From NCBI GenBank assembly GCA_964016885.1, contig OZ024740.1:296918001-296982000 (forward strand): 64,000 nt of DNA. The letters run 5' to 3'. Source of the DNA: Eledone cirrhosa (lineage: Eukaryota). The position numbers and the translations under genes were made by a program. Under the pieces are notes generated by a model, which was not told the DNA's origin, made no database searches, and saw only the letters and a program-made list of their open reading frames with translations. Positions 1-11,877 of this stretch are shown piece after piece (the stretch's first letter is position 1; each line of letters opens with the position of its first letter).

Positions 1-120
1 GTTGAAATAATTGTAAACGCTTCAATGCATTTAGCATGGTATTGAGCTAAATTCCTATTGTATATATATATATATAATATAACACTTCACTTCATCACAC
101 ACACACATATATATTTATAT

Positions 121-330
121 AAAAGGTAAACAGAAATAACAACACAATCAGTATGGTATCAGATTAACACTTAGCTACCTACCATAATAGCAGGAAGAGA
201 GTGTTAACGTTTCAGACGCTAGTCCTTCATCAGAAGAAAGAAGGAGAAATAAGTTATATTGAAGGGAAGGGTGGGGTGGAATTGGAAAAAATGTCTTTAG
301 ATAAAAATAACAGGTCCATTCATGTTGACA
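121..330 (-). mobile_element. Penelope-like terminal-repeat fragment carrying a degenerate minimal hammerhead motif
   Basis: Minus strand reads CTGATGA-aGGAC-tagc-GTCT-GAAA-CGTTA (200..240); nt 121..149 are identical to 63946..63974. Confidence 0.45.
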
Positions 331-334
331 TCGC

Positions 335-2345
335 TTGGAAAACTCTCTAACTTCTCTTTATATATATAAGAAAGAGAAGTTAGAGGGATACAATATAGAG
401 GAGCAGTGGGAATTCTTGAAGGTTAACCTGCTGAAGGCGAAAAATGAAATCTGTGGCTGGAGCAGACCTTTAGGGAGGAGGAGAGTAACTTGGTTGTGGA
501 ACAGTAGGGTGGAAGAGACAATTAAGGAAAGAATGACAAGATGGGGGAAGTAAAGAACACTATCAGGTGGCCAGAGAGGAGCTAGGTGACAAGTGTACTT
601 TGCAAGAAGGAAAGCAGAGGATAGAAAGTTCAAGCATGTTCTACAACACGAGGACCAAAAACATAAGGTGTTCAGGATTGTGAGGCAATGTGTCAAGGAA
701 AATTGTGATATTTTGGGGGAGAAATGTGTCCATAATGATGATGGTGGACTTGCCCTCACTGATACTGATAAGACGGTAGCTTGGAACTGCCACAACAAGA
801 GACTACTAAATGAGGAGAATGAATGGAATAAAGATAGTTTGCCCCAAGTTGATCCAACAGAGGGACTAACTGTGCAAGTTAGTGGTAGCATAGTAAGTAA
901 AGCAATCAAAGATATGAAGACAGGCATGGTAGCTGGGCCTTTGGGGATAGTTGCTGAGATTTTGAAAGCATCTGGAATGGTGGGACATACTATTGTCACC
1001 TGGATAGTAAACCAAGTAATACAGAATGGGGTCATACCAAATGACTGGCATAGCAGCATCATCGTTAACTGATACAAGAGCAAAGGAGACGCTCTAGATA
1101 GGGAAAACTATAGAGGCATTAAGTTATTTGACCAGGTCATGAAGGTCACAGAAAGAGTTATCACACAGCTGATTAGGGACTGAATTGATCTAGATGAAAT
1201 GTAGTTTGGGTTTGTGCCAGGTAAAAGTACCACGGATGCTTGTATGGCAACTACAGGAGAAGTACCTAGCTAAAAGTAAACCCCTCTACTTAGTTTTTGT
1301 TGACTTGGAGAAAGCCTTTGACAGAATCCTCCATTCCATTATCTGGTGGGCTCTTAGAAAATTATAAGTAGATGAGTGGCTTGTGAAAGCTATACAAGCC
1401 ATGTATAAAGATATAGTCAAGATTAGAATTAACAATGAATATAGTGACGAATTTAGCGTAAAAGTAGATGTTCACCAAGGCTCCGTCCTTAGCTACCTAC
1501 CATTTATTATTGCCCTACACACTATAACAGATGAGTTTAAGACTGGCTGCCCATGGGAACCTCTATATGCAGATGATCTAACTCTCATAGCTGAATCTAC
1601 GGCAGAACTAGAGAAGAAATTCCAAACCTGGAAGCATGGCCTAGAATCAAAAAGCCTTAAAGTTAACTTGTCTATGACTAAAGTTCTAGTATGCAGAAAC
1701 GAAAATAAGGCACAGGTTCCCTCTGGGAAATGATCTTGCTCAGTGTGTAGGTAGAAATTCCATTCTATGTCCCAAATGCAAGCTATGGGTACATAAAAGA
1801 TGTAGTGGGATGACAGGCAAGCTATCAAAGAATGAAGGTTTTATATGTGGCCAATGCTCAGATGCAATAAGTAGCAAGTGCCCACTGGATACTAACTCTC
1901 TCAACTGCCCAGATGGTTCTATAGAAATAGTAGACACTTTCCGTTACCTGGGTGACAAAATCAGCAGTGGAGGAGGGTGTTCTGAAAGTACAGTAGCCAG
2001 ATTAAGAACGGGATGGAAAAAGTTCAGAGAGCTAATAACGCTGTTGGCCACAAAAGGTTTCTCTCTAAAAATGAAAGGTAGATTGTATGATGCTTGTATA
2101 CGAACAGCAATGTTACATGGTAATGAGACATTGGCATTGTGTGCAGAGCATCTACACAGATTGGAAAGAAATGAAGCAAGCATGCTCTAATGGATGTGTA
2201 ATAGTAATATACACAAACAGCAAAGCATAAACGAACTAAGTGAGAAATTAGGCATAAGAAATATCAGATGCTGTTTACTAAAGAGGAGATTGTGTTGGTA
2301 TGGTCATGTGATGTGTATGAAGGATGACAGCTGTATAAAAAAGTG
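335..2345 (+). mobile_element. Degenerate RTE-clade LINE (RT region, multiple stops and frameshifts), older relative of the 44361..47140 element
   Basis: ORF pieces 593..1072, 1383..1733 (VHQGSVLS, YADDL) and 1810..2190 are colinear with the 817-aa ORF. Confidence 0.92.
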
Positions 2346-2562
2346 AAAGGTCCTTTAGCTTCCAGACCTTCCTGTGTCTCGTTCTGTCTCTTGCTTATTG
2401 AGATGTCACTAACAACTAACCTATGTTGGGGGGGGGGGGGTACATTCTTCCCTAGGGAATGTCTTAGTACTTGTACCCATCTGTCTGTCTGGCTTATGTA
2501 CTCACCTGATTGGTAGGTGATTAAGTGATTGGCAGGTTTCCTGAAGTTAGTGTTGCAAAGGG

Positions 2563-2705
2563 TTAGTCACTTACATCACAAAATTCAAGAAGACTCACTC
2601 CTCCGTTTTTTAAGCCATAACCATATCCACCTTGTACCCCAGTGTATCCATGCTGGAGCTCTCCAACATGCCCATTGAAGTCATCTGCTAGTATGAGGGT
2701 AGCAT
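2563..2705 (-). mobile_element. RTE APE-endonuclease fragment
   Basis: LILADDFNGHVG...GGYGYGLKN...LLEFC matches the GDFNGHVG motif of RTE endonucleases. Confidence 0.75.
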
Positions 2706-2812
2706 AGAGATTTGGGGAGGCTAAAGCTCTATATTTCTGCAATTGCCTGTCAGTTCCCTTCATTCTATGCTTATTTTCAAAATATTTCATCTCCCTAATT
2801 GGAATATAATTC

Positions 2813-3028
2813 CTTAACCCTTTAGCATTTACATTATTCTATATATACTATTATATTTTCATGGTAAAGGCTTTATCTTACATAATTATCTCACATAACA
2901 AATCTATGAGATTTTGATATTGTCTATTTTGAGAACAATACCTTAACGTCAGTATGAGCAGCCGGTTACAGCCAGTTTGAAAAGAAAGAATTGAGAGAAG
3001 TATGGCCAGTTTAAACACTAAAGGGTTA
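2813..3028. mobile_element. TTAA-flanked MITE (piggyBac-like ends); related copies near 20318, 24303, 35800, 38770
   Basis: ttaa-ccctttagcattta ... taaacactaaaggg-ttaa terminal inverted repeats; internal sequence repeated at the other sites. Confidence 0.75.
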
Positions 3029-3353
3029 ATAGCCTTAAATTCCACCAACTTTTGAAAAAGAACAACATAAAAATGACTTATAGCTGCTTTAAAAGCATGT
3101 CTAGTATCATGAAGAGACATAATGTAAAAATATTTCAAGCAGAGAAGAAAGGGAGTGAACATACCTTTTACTAAATATAGCTTTGATCCTTGTGTCAATA
3201 TATCTATGAGCAACACATCCATAACTTATGCACAGCTAACAGAATACTCTTTCAAAAATTACCCCAAGTGAAGCTGTCATTACCACCAGCATCACATTGG
3301 TGGTGTTAGATAAGGTATAACTATTTAAGAATTGTTCAGTGTTGTGACCTCTG

Positions 3354-3860
3354 TCATCATCATCATCGTTTAACATCTAGTTTCCACACTAGCATGGGTT
3401 AGATGGCTTGTCCTGTTTCAGGCAAGTTGGGTCAGGTGACTATGTCTTGCTCATAAAGAATTATTTCTGGTATGGTTTCTACAGCTGGATACCCTTCCTA
3501 ATGCCAACCATATTTACAGTGTGGGCCGGGTGCTTTTTCTCATAACACCTACACAACTACTTTACTATGTGGGCTGGGTGCTTTTTGTTGTGAGACCTAC
3601 ACAACCATTTTACAGTGTGGGCCGGGAGCTTTTTTGTTGTGGCACTTACATGACCACATTAAAGTGTAAGCTGGGTGCTTTTTGTAGTGATAGCAACATG
3701 ACAACTGTACAGTGTAAGGTTGGTGTGATCAGATGTGAGTGGGTGTTAGGTGGCGGGAGGTGTATGGATGTGGGAGGGAATTTAGTGGTTATGAGGTGCC
3801 TACTATATCTATGCTTCAGTCTGTGCACATGGGAAAGCAGGTCTTCTGTCATGGAGAGAA
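3354..3860 (-). mobile_element. RTE 3'-end fragment with expanded ~47-nt tandem units
   Basis: (cat)n tail, ctagcatgggttaga motif, about 4 units of ccactttacagtgtgggctgggtgctttt. Confidence 0.8.
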
Positions 3861-6501
3861 ATTCTGGATTACCTACTACCCTGTTGCAATCCTAAATAAA
3901 ATGTTAATTTTGATGTCGTGACATAATTCTTAGGAATTTCAATGAAGACTACTCTGATATATGATAGACAACAGCAGACTTTAATGAATTCCATCTATTG
4001 AAGCAGCCACACTGTTAACAGTCATTCCATATCTCTTGTTCTCAATGAAGATGTATGCAGCCGATCAAGAGCTGATGAAATGAAACTGTGATCTGAGAAT
4101 GGAATTCCATGTGTTAATATGTATAAAGCCTTGTACCTTTACATTTACATATCATTCTCAGTTCAGCAACTGCTAGCTAGCCAAAAGCACTTCTTTGTAA
4201 GCTTTTATAAATTTTTGCTCTTTATTATTAGTACCCCACATGTTGAGGAAAACTGGGTCTTTGGATTCTCTTTTGTCACAATTGTATTAATGTTTAATAT
4301 TTTTTCTTCAAACCATCATTTAACTTCTGCAGTCACTTTATAATCTGAGATTTTTTTCAGTCGAAATATGAAGAATAAATTCAATAGATATACAGAATAT
4401 ATAAACAGATATCAAAATATTCTAAATATTAAATTTGGAATTACACTTTTTAAACAGAAATTGGAAAACAATTTAATAGCAGTAAACAAATTTTGTCAGT
4501 AAAATGAAAAAGAAATGACAAATAGAAAGAAAATAATAAAAATAGATCTCCATGTACAGATAGAGTAAAATGGAAATAAAAAAAAAGGACTTTACAACTA
4601 TTTTCAAACAACGTATAGAGAGAACAATAGACAGAAGCAGGTGGTAGTACGATTTTCAAATTAAGAGACACAAAATTAGAATGTATAAGTTTAACATAAA
4701 ATCATTTCAAATGATTTTGTTTTTTTAAATTGTAAACAATACACATAGAAGTGGAGAACATAATTCACAAGCCAGCTGATCGTATTATACAGTATAGAGA
4801 ATTATACACTATAGAGAAATGGACGGAAACAGTAATAGAAAAGAAATTTGGACACATAGATTTTCAAAAGATATTCAACAATGTCCACATAAAGTATTTT
4901 TCATGCAAATTAGATAAAGCCATGTTGTATTATAAATGAAATACATAATTAAACCATTAAAAAAAAATTGAAGAATCTATGAAGTAAAATTATTATTGTG
5001 AAAGCATCAAAGTATCTTAGAAAAAGATATTTTAACATAGAAGATGGAGAACAAAATACATTAACAGCTGAGCAGTCCTGAATATAAACATCAATAAAGG
5101 AGATGCACATCTAAGGGGAATAATTAAACGTGACATTTTCAGGCTAGATATGGCCATTACTTCCACGAGATACAAATTTCTGGTTGAAGATGTATATGAA
5201 TATAGTAGGAAATTGTATTACAAGTTTACTAAGAATAAGAGGACCTTGTATTGTACAGTCAAATCCAGTTCACAGTAAAATTTTGTGTTCTAAAGACTAT
5301 GATGTGAAGCATAATGATAGTAAACTTCTCCAGCCAATCCAACCAGTCTTGAGAGGGCTCCACCCATTCAATTAAAACAGGGATTTCAGAGCTACTGTCT
5401 ACTTTCATCAAAATTTTCAATTTATTTTTCGTCTCTACTTATCAAGAAGAGCTCACTTGCTCACTCTGCATATCATATCACTATCTGTGGCTCCAACATC
5501 CCATAGGTGATTTCTTTGACCCTCTATCTCTTCTTGTAAAGCCAGATCTAGAATAAACTTACTCATACATTATAAAACAATAGTCTCACACCCTTGAAAA
5601 CCTCAACAAAATCAATGGTATAATCCTTGAGATGAGAATGTCCAAGCTAAGCTATTTCTTCCATTTATCTCTAATACTTTGGAAAGTTTGTTGTCAAACT
5701 GTCCTTTGCAGCATGCATTTACAAAGCACTCTACAGTACTCTACATTCTAGTGCACCTCAAGGTGTTACATCCTCACATTTTTTATGTACATTAATGACT
5801 TTCTACCTATTACATTTAAGCACACCTATTCAAATTCAACTAATATCACACTTCACTCCTTGACCATACACAACTAGGTCTCTTGCAACAGCACTAAAAC
5901 ACAATCATTGTATACATAAAGGAAACTCTTAGTCACAACAAAAGCTAGGCCTGATAGACCACAAAGTCTCTGACTATCTCTCATGGTGACTTCAAATCTA
6001 TATCATTGGCTTAATTGCATCCTAAATGCTAAGCTTTCTCTTCCGATCCAATATACACTCAAGGTCAGATGAGCTAAAATGAGGTAGCCTCTATATGGTT
6101 ACACGACATGCTATAAATAGCAGCCAAACCATCATCAAATCATATCTTAGTGTTTCAAAACTGGAGAGGGAAATATATTGGATAATGTAGTCCTAGATAT
6201 TAAAGGTTGAAATAACTTTAATCATAGGCCTGCTAAAGGAGAAGTAACAACAAAAACTTCAGCCCTTAGCAATTGCTGACTTATATAAACTGAAGTAGGA
6301 CCTTCGATAATGTGTTGTTCGATTGTAGAAATATGTATTATAATTTTCTTTTCTTTCAAATACCAGGAAGACAACAGGTTCGCGGATTATTAGTAACTTT
6401 CTAAGGTAGGGATTGTCTCATATTAATCCATTCATTTACACATCAAAACCAGTTGAAAATTATCTGTTGTCAAAATAGCTTTGCATGTATGTATATACAC
6501 A

Positions 6502-6688
6502 GTGGATTGGCAGTATCGGTAGAGGGTCAGACGCCATGCTTTCCAGCATAGTTACGTCCCTTTACGATCTGAGTTCAAATCCCGCCGAGGTTGACTTTGC
6601 CTTTCATCCTTACGGGGTCGATAAAATAAAATACCAGTAATGCACTGGGTAATTGCTGGCCTTGTGCCTAAAGTAGAAACAATTATTT
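6502..6688 (+). mobile_element. tRNA-derived SINE family 1 (octopus OK-type); many copies, e.g. 13341, 15198 (dimer), 16857(-), 17952, 29503(-, dimer), 36388 (dimer), 55835(-), 58840(-, dimer)
   Basis: A-box-like tggcagtatcggtaga, B-box gagttcaaatccc, shared body gcctttcatccttacggggtcgataaaataaagtaccag, aattatt tail. The family name is from memory. Confidence 0.85.
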
Positions 6689-7249
6689 ATATATATATAT
6701 ATGCACAGACTTTTTAACAAATTATTGTTGGACTTCTGACAGTTATAACAAGTATTCCAGTTGATTCAATCAACAGAACAGTCTACTTGTGAAATTAAAT
6801 TGCAAGTGGCTGAGCAGTTAATAGACATGTGTACTCTTAATGTAGCTCTCAGGGAGATTCAGTGTAATACAATGAGTGACAAGGCAGGCCCTTTGGAATA
6901 CAGATACAACTAACTGTTTTCCAGTTTAATAAACTGGAGCATAAAATAAAGTGTCTTGCTCAAGGACACAATGCCTCACCGGAAATTAAAAGCACAACCT
7001 TATGAGCATCAGCTGAACACTAACCATTAAGCCATTTATATTCACAAAGTAACAAAGATGCATGAAAATACACATACATATGTGCACCCATTGATATATA
7101 AATAAAACTCCCAATACTTCAGTTACTCAAAAGGCTTTTTATACAAACTATTTTTAAGTGTATTTGCATATCAAGAATTAAATGGGACAATCACCGAAAG
7201 ATTCATCATATTTGACATAAGTAATAAGAATATATATGGGTTTTATTAG

Positions 7250-7512
7250 TACTCTCCAGCCCCAATAATAGGGGGTAGAAAATTGGTAATTTTTATAGGT
7301 TGTCTCCCTTGATTTAAAAAATAAACAGAATTAGTCGTTTAGTTTACATATTGAAACTCCAACCCATCCTATTTATTTTATAACGTATAGCATTTCTTGT
7401 AATGTACTTTATTTGTCATGTATAATGTTTTTTTAATGTATTAAAACGCTACTACTTAAAATAAAATTTCGCTGAGGATAGATTAGAATAGTATATTCGA
7501 GACCAGAGAGTA
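7250..7512. mobile_element. TA-flanked MITE with TACTCTC...GAGAGTA ends; copies near 14450..14796, 39495..39750, 42437..42901, partial at 28880 and 54945
   Basis: Terminal inverted motif and shared interior tttagtttacatattga.actccaacccatcctatttattttataac. Confidence 0.7.
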
Positions 7513-7737
7513 AATAAAATTACACCCATAGTGATTACAAAATATATCATTATCTTGATGTTCAATTATTTTCATGAAAGATAACACCAAAATATAAATT
7601 AATTAAAACTAGAATACCACTGAGAGTGAGTCTGGTTTATGTTTGGATAAAATCATGTCAGAGTGGAAAGAGAAATCTGTCATTTTATGGATGTCTCTTT
7701 ATCTGAAAGAGAAGAAAAATTTAATTGGGGAATTGAA

Positions 7738-7746
<9 letters not shown>

Positions 7747-7782
<36 letters not shown>
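7747..7782. repeat. (TA)n microsatellite; others near 40605, 49876..49929 and 63387
   Basis: Direct inspection. Confidence 0.9.
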
Positions 7783-7785
<3 letters not shown>

Positions 7786-9907
7786 AATGATCCTCTCTCT
7801 CTCAGAGGAAGGGACAACCTCGAAACATTAGATTTCTTTTGTTCCACCATCAAATGAACACCACGAAATTCGCTCAGCGGTGGAAATGGATTTTAGAAAC
7901 TGGAGTATGCTAACTTCCAGGAGACTGAGGTTGAGAAGGAAGGGAAAGGTGTTATAAGCTTCCCCAACCCCTAAACACACAGAAAGAGTAAAGTAGGCAA
8001 ACAATATCCTCGGCATATCTCATTTATTTTCATCACTGACGTCAGTAAATAATTTTTGATGATGCAGAATACAACTAGCTTCATTAGATTGCTCGTCTTT
8101 TTTTTAAATACAGGTAGCATGTATAAAATTTTAATGCACAGTAATCAATTTTGCTGCTAAGATTAGAAAGTTCTTTTTAATATTTTCAAAAAAAAAACAG
8201 AAATGCATAATAAAATTCAAGGGAGGTAATGAAGAGATGTAAGGGAAAGTAATCTGTGTTTTTTTAAAATGTAACCAAGACAAAAGTAAAAATAATCTAG
8301 AGTCAAATTGGAAAAAAATTGTAGAAGTTCAAATAAAGATATTTAAAAATATAGCATATCTGACAATGTTATTACATGTTCACATCATTATTTTCTTGGC
8401 TATCTTTATCAATGGTAATGTCATCGCCATCATCATCACTGTTTAATGTCCATTTTTCCATGCTATCATGGAAATATACAATATTTATATGGAAAGATAA
8501 GAGATTTCTTACCATCTAAAACAAGTAGACTGTGGCTAGATTTATCATTCAGCATTATAACTCTCTGTTAACATTTGTTTGGGGTGTTAAAGGCAATTTT
8601 AGCAACTATCAGTAAAGTATGAAAAAAAAAAAAATAGCAAAAGTTTCAATAATGTACAATAAAAGAGCTTAAGAATTCAGCAAATTTTAGAATAGAAAGG
8701 CACCATTATTTTTTAATCTCAATGTTTTAAAAATACATACTTTAGTTTTTTCAAAGTTAAACCATCACAGCAAAGCTAGAGCAATATTTTGCTTTCAACA
8801 CATTGAAACAAATGTTGTATGTATATCTCAAACATCAGAAAAAAATATTTAGAGACATTTTAAAAGAATATTTAAATTATGTACTTAATGTGAGTTCTAT
8901 ACAAGAAAATAAAAAAAAAAACATTTATAAATTTAGCATTTATTTATTCTCTTTTATTGGTCCCAAGGTGTGGGTTGTAGCCAAGCCAATCACTCTGATT
9001 ATATCTGCAAATAAAATATCTCTTAACTATAAAAAAACAACTACAAATTTAATATCTGATGCAATATATTGATCGCAGCTAAGAAAATGTTTTTTTTCTG
9101 ACAGCAGTTTTCAATGTTTAAAAAAAAAATTTTTTTATCATCATTATAACACACATTTTCCCATGTTGCCAACTCTTCTATTCACATATCCTGACATTTG
9201 GCTTCACCACTTCATGTCCACCTCATACTTCATCTGCTACAGGTACCCTTCACCAGGATAAACTCAGAACTCATCACCCATACCAATCCAAACTTCTCTC
9301 CTGCATTTGTAGATTAATTCTTAAATGCCCAGTCATTTTTATTGTGTTCTGTCTTTCATAATTGACACACTTATTAAATTCGGCTCACTTTATTCCTTTC
9401 CAATCTTAGCAAATCTACTTTCAATGTCTATATCTTACCATAGCGCAATATCACAAAATTTTTTCATCACAATTATATTCATATCTAAGCTAAACAATAA
9501 ATTAAAAGATGTTTAAAAATTTTAAATGTTAAATTAAAAAAATCCATGGAAATAACTGGAATGCCTAAAACCTCATTGGCGTTTGTAATAGGTGTTTAAT
9601 TGTAAAAGTTAATTCAACAGAGTGTTCACATCATCTCAGATCAATATCACATGGCGAATTAAGGTAATCTACAACTTTGCAACAAAACTATGAAAGATGT
9701 AATATTAGACCTTTATTTGCAAAGTGTTGTCAGAGGACATTGAAAAGTCAATCAATCCAATTTGATAAACTTTCACACATATTTATGTATTATAATCATT
9801 AAAACATTTATACTTTAGAGTAGATAATTCCAAATTAATAAAAAGAAAATATCTTAGTCAGAGTGCCTAACCTCCTGTTAAATTAAGTGGGCCTTATCCT
9901 TAACTGT

Positions 9908-10170
9908 GAAGGCACGTCGCCTAATGGTAAAGGTGTTGGGTTTACAATCGTAATGTCGTGGGTTCAATTCCTGGGGTGGGTTGTGTGTTGTGTTCTTGAG
10001 CAAAACACTTCATTTCCCATTTTCAGCTGAAAAAGAGAACCAGCAATAGCTGAGGGTTTAACTCTATGATGGACTGACATCCTGTCCAGGGGGAAGTCTT
10101 GTACTCTCAGTTGCTTCACATCATGAAACCAGGATAAGCACCAGTTAAATGCACTTCTTGCAGCACACGA
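9908..10170 (+). mobile_element. tRNA-derived SINE with CORE-like block; related copies at 31740..32010(-), 6745..7035(-), 12020..12165(-)
   Basis: B-box gggttcaattcc followed by cttgagcaaaacactt. Confidence 0.7.
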
Positions 10171-11624
10171 GGGCATGCATGCATGCATATCCTTAACTAA
10201 AGAAAAGTTTATAACAAAAATAAAAATATTTGTTGTGTCACACTAACAAGAATTTCTAAAAATCGTAACTGCAATTTGAGTGGGAAATTTTGATTCATTT
10301 TATTTCTTAAATTTTAATATTAATGAAAAGTAGGGGTATCTAAAAAATAAGTTGCTTATAAATGATTATTTGCAATCAGTATTGGAGAAACTCAAAAACA
10401 AAGTTGCATGTATGTTTATAGCATATTCTTATATCTTTTAGCATACATACATTCCTTCAGTCTCATTCTATTATGAAGTGGATCTAGATGATATAAAGAA
10501 AGAATACACAGGTTTTAAAGTGTACAAAGTTTGCAAACTAAATACAAAACACCTAGTTGTAACAAATAAGAATCCACACAGGTTAAAATGAATTAACTGT
10601 TCATGTAAGGAAGGAATGAACATTAAGTCCTATAAAGCTATAAATTATTACAACTTTGGCAATCCCTTTTGCAATATAAATAATATATATAAAATTCTCC
10701 AAGTAGCATCAGATCACAAACTACTAGCGTTCAATGTCATGTTGATTCTCTCTCTCTCTCTCTCCCTCTCTCTCATATATATATATATATCAGTCTAACC
10801 CATGCTAGCATGGAAGATGGACGTTAAACGAAGATGATATATAAATTCTCTTTTCCACATATACACTTAAATACACACACACACAAACCCCACACAAAAC
10901 TCAAAGTTTGGTTCAAAGTACAAAAGTATAGGAAATAAAATAAAATTATATTCTCTTGACATGGTCAGTAATCTCTATTTATATAAGTTGTATGCCCTCT
11001 ATATTTGTTAATTGGTAAGACAACCTATCAGTCAATGATGTGATCACTCATCTACAAATTAAGAATCTTTAGGAGAGAATCAGTAAAATTAATATTTCCA
11101 ACCAGTTATCTCTCATCTGGCATGATATCAGAAGCCAAACTGAAAAACAGTTCAATTTCAGCACATTGCAAGGGCAGAAAAAAAAAAGAGAGAGAGAGTA
11201 TGAAACATGCATAAGGCATATATTGGGTACACCTGGCCCTTGGATGCCTTTAGCTGAGTCAACTCTGTTACAAGCATTCGGACCAGGTCTTCGGTTTGAG
11301 GATAACTTCCTCTCTTCCTCCCACCAATCTCAGAGGCCTTCAAAAAGGGTCATGGGCACTGCCCTTCCTTCTCTGAATAAGCCATTTAAATAAAAAAAAA
11401 TCCTAAATATTCACAGAATAAAACATATTAACATAGAGCCAAAAATTGCTTTCTGGGGGCAAAAAAAAAAAAAAAAATTCCCATCACAAAGAGTTGTTCA
11501 TAAAATATATTTTCTTTTTAATAATAAATTCCATACTTTTTTTGTAAAGTAGTATAACAAATGGAATTTGTTTTTGAATTCTATGCATTTTTCAATTGTC
11601 ACAATATTTTCAATAAGCTAGTAT

Positions 11625-11877
11625 CTACTGAGGAGCACTGATGACAATTGTATCGGCAGCTGTATTCGTGTAAAGATGGGTTGGAGAATCAATGTGTTCA
11701 TTAGAAACTCCTTCTGCTGTTTCCAAAATATCTTCTTCAAGCTGGTCGGCAGTAAATAATAGTTTTTCCTTCATAGTTCTTGAATGAGAATGATACTGAT
11801 CGGTAAGAATAGTCATTGTTTGTTGAGAATGTAAAGAAATTGTCTCTGGGTTGAAGCGTGTTCCCAACAGCCGGACC
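11625..11877 (-). CDS. GDPD5: GDPD5-like last coding exon (253 nt): (W)VRLLGTRFNPETISL...RTMKEKLLF...VISAPQ*
   Basis: cttttcag| acceptor; stop TAG at 11627..11625; NPE and MKEKL motifs of the GDE2 cytoplasmic tail. Confidence 0.9.

Noticed and set aside
4000-6450. Possible second gene in the repeat-poor AT-rich stretch
   Set aside because: No ORF with recognisable motifs and no consistent splice chain; it may be 3' UTR or intergenic.
6502-6590. tRNA gene candidates at SINE heads
   Set aside because: A/B boxes are present, but they continue into a shared SINE body and no convincing cloverleaf is seen.
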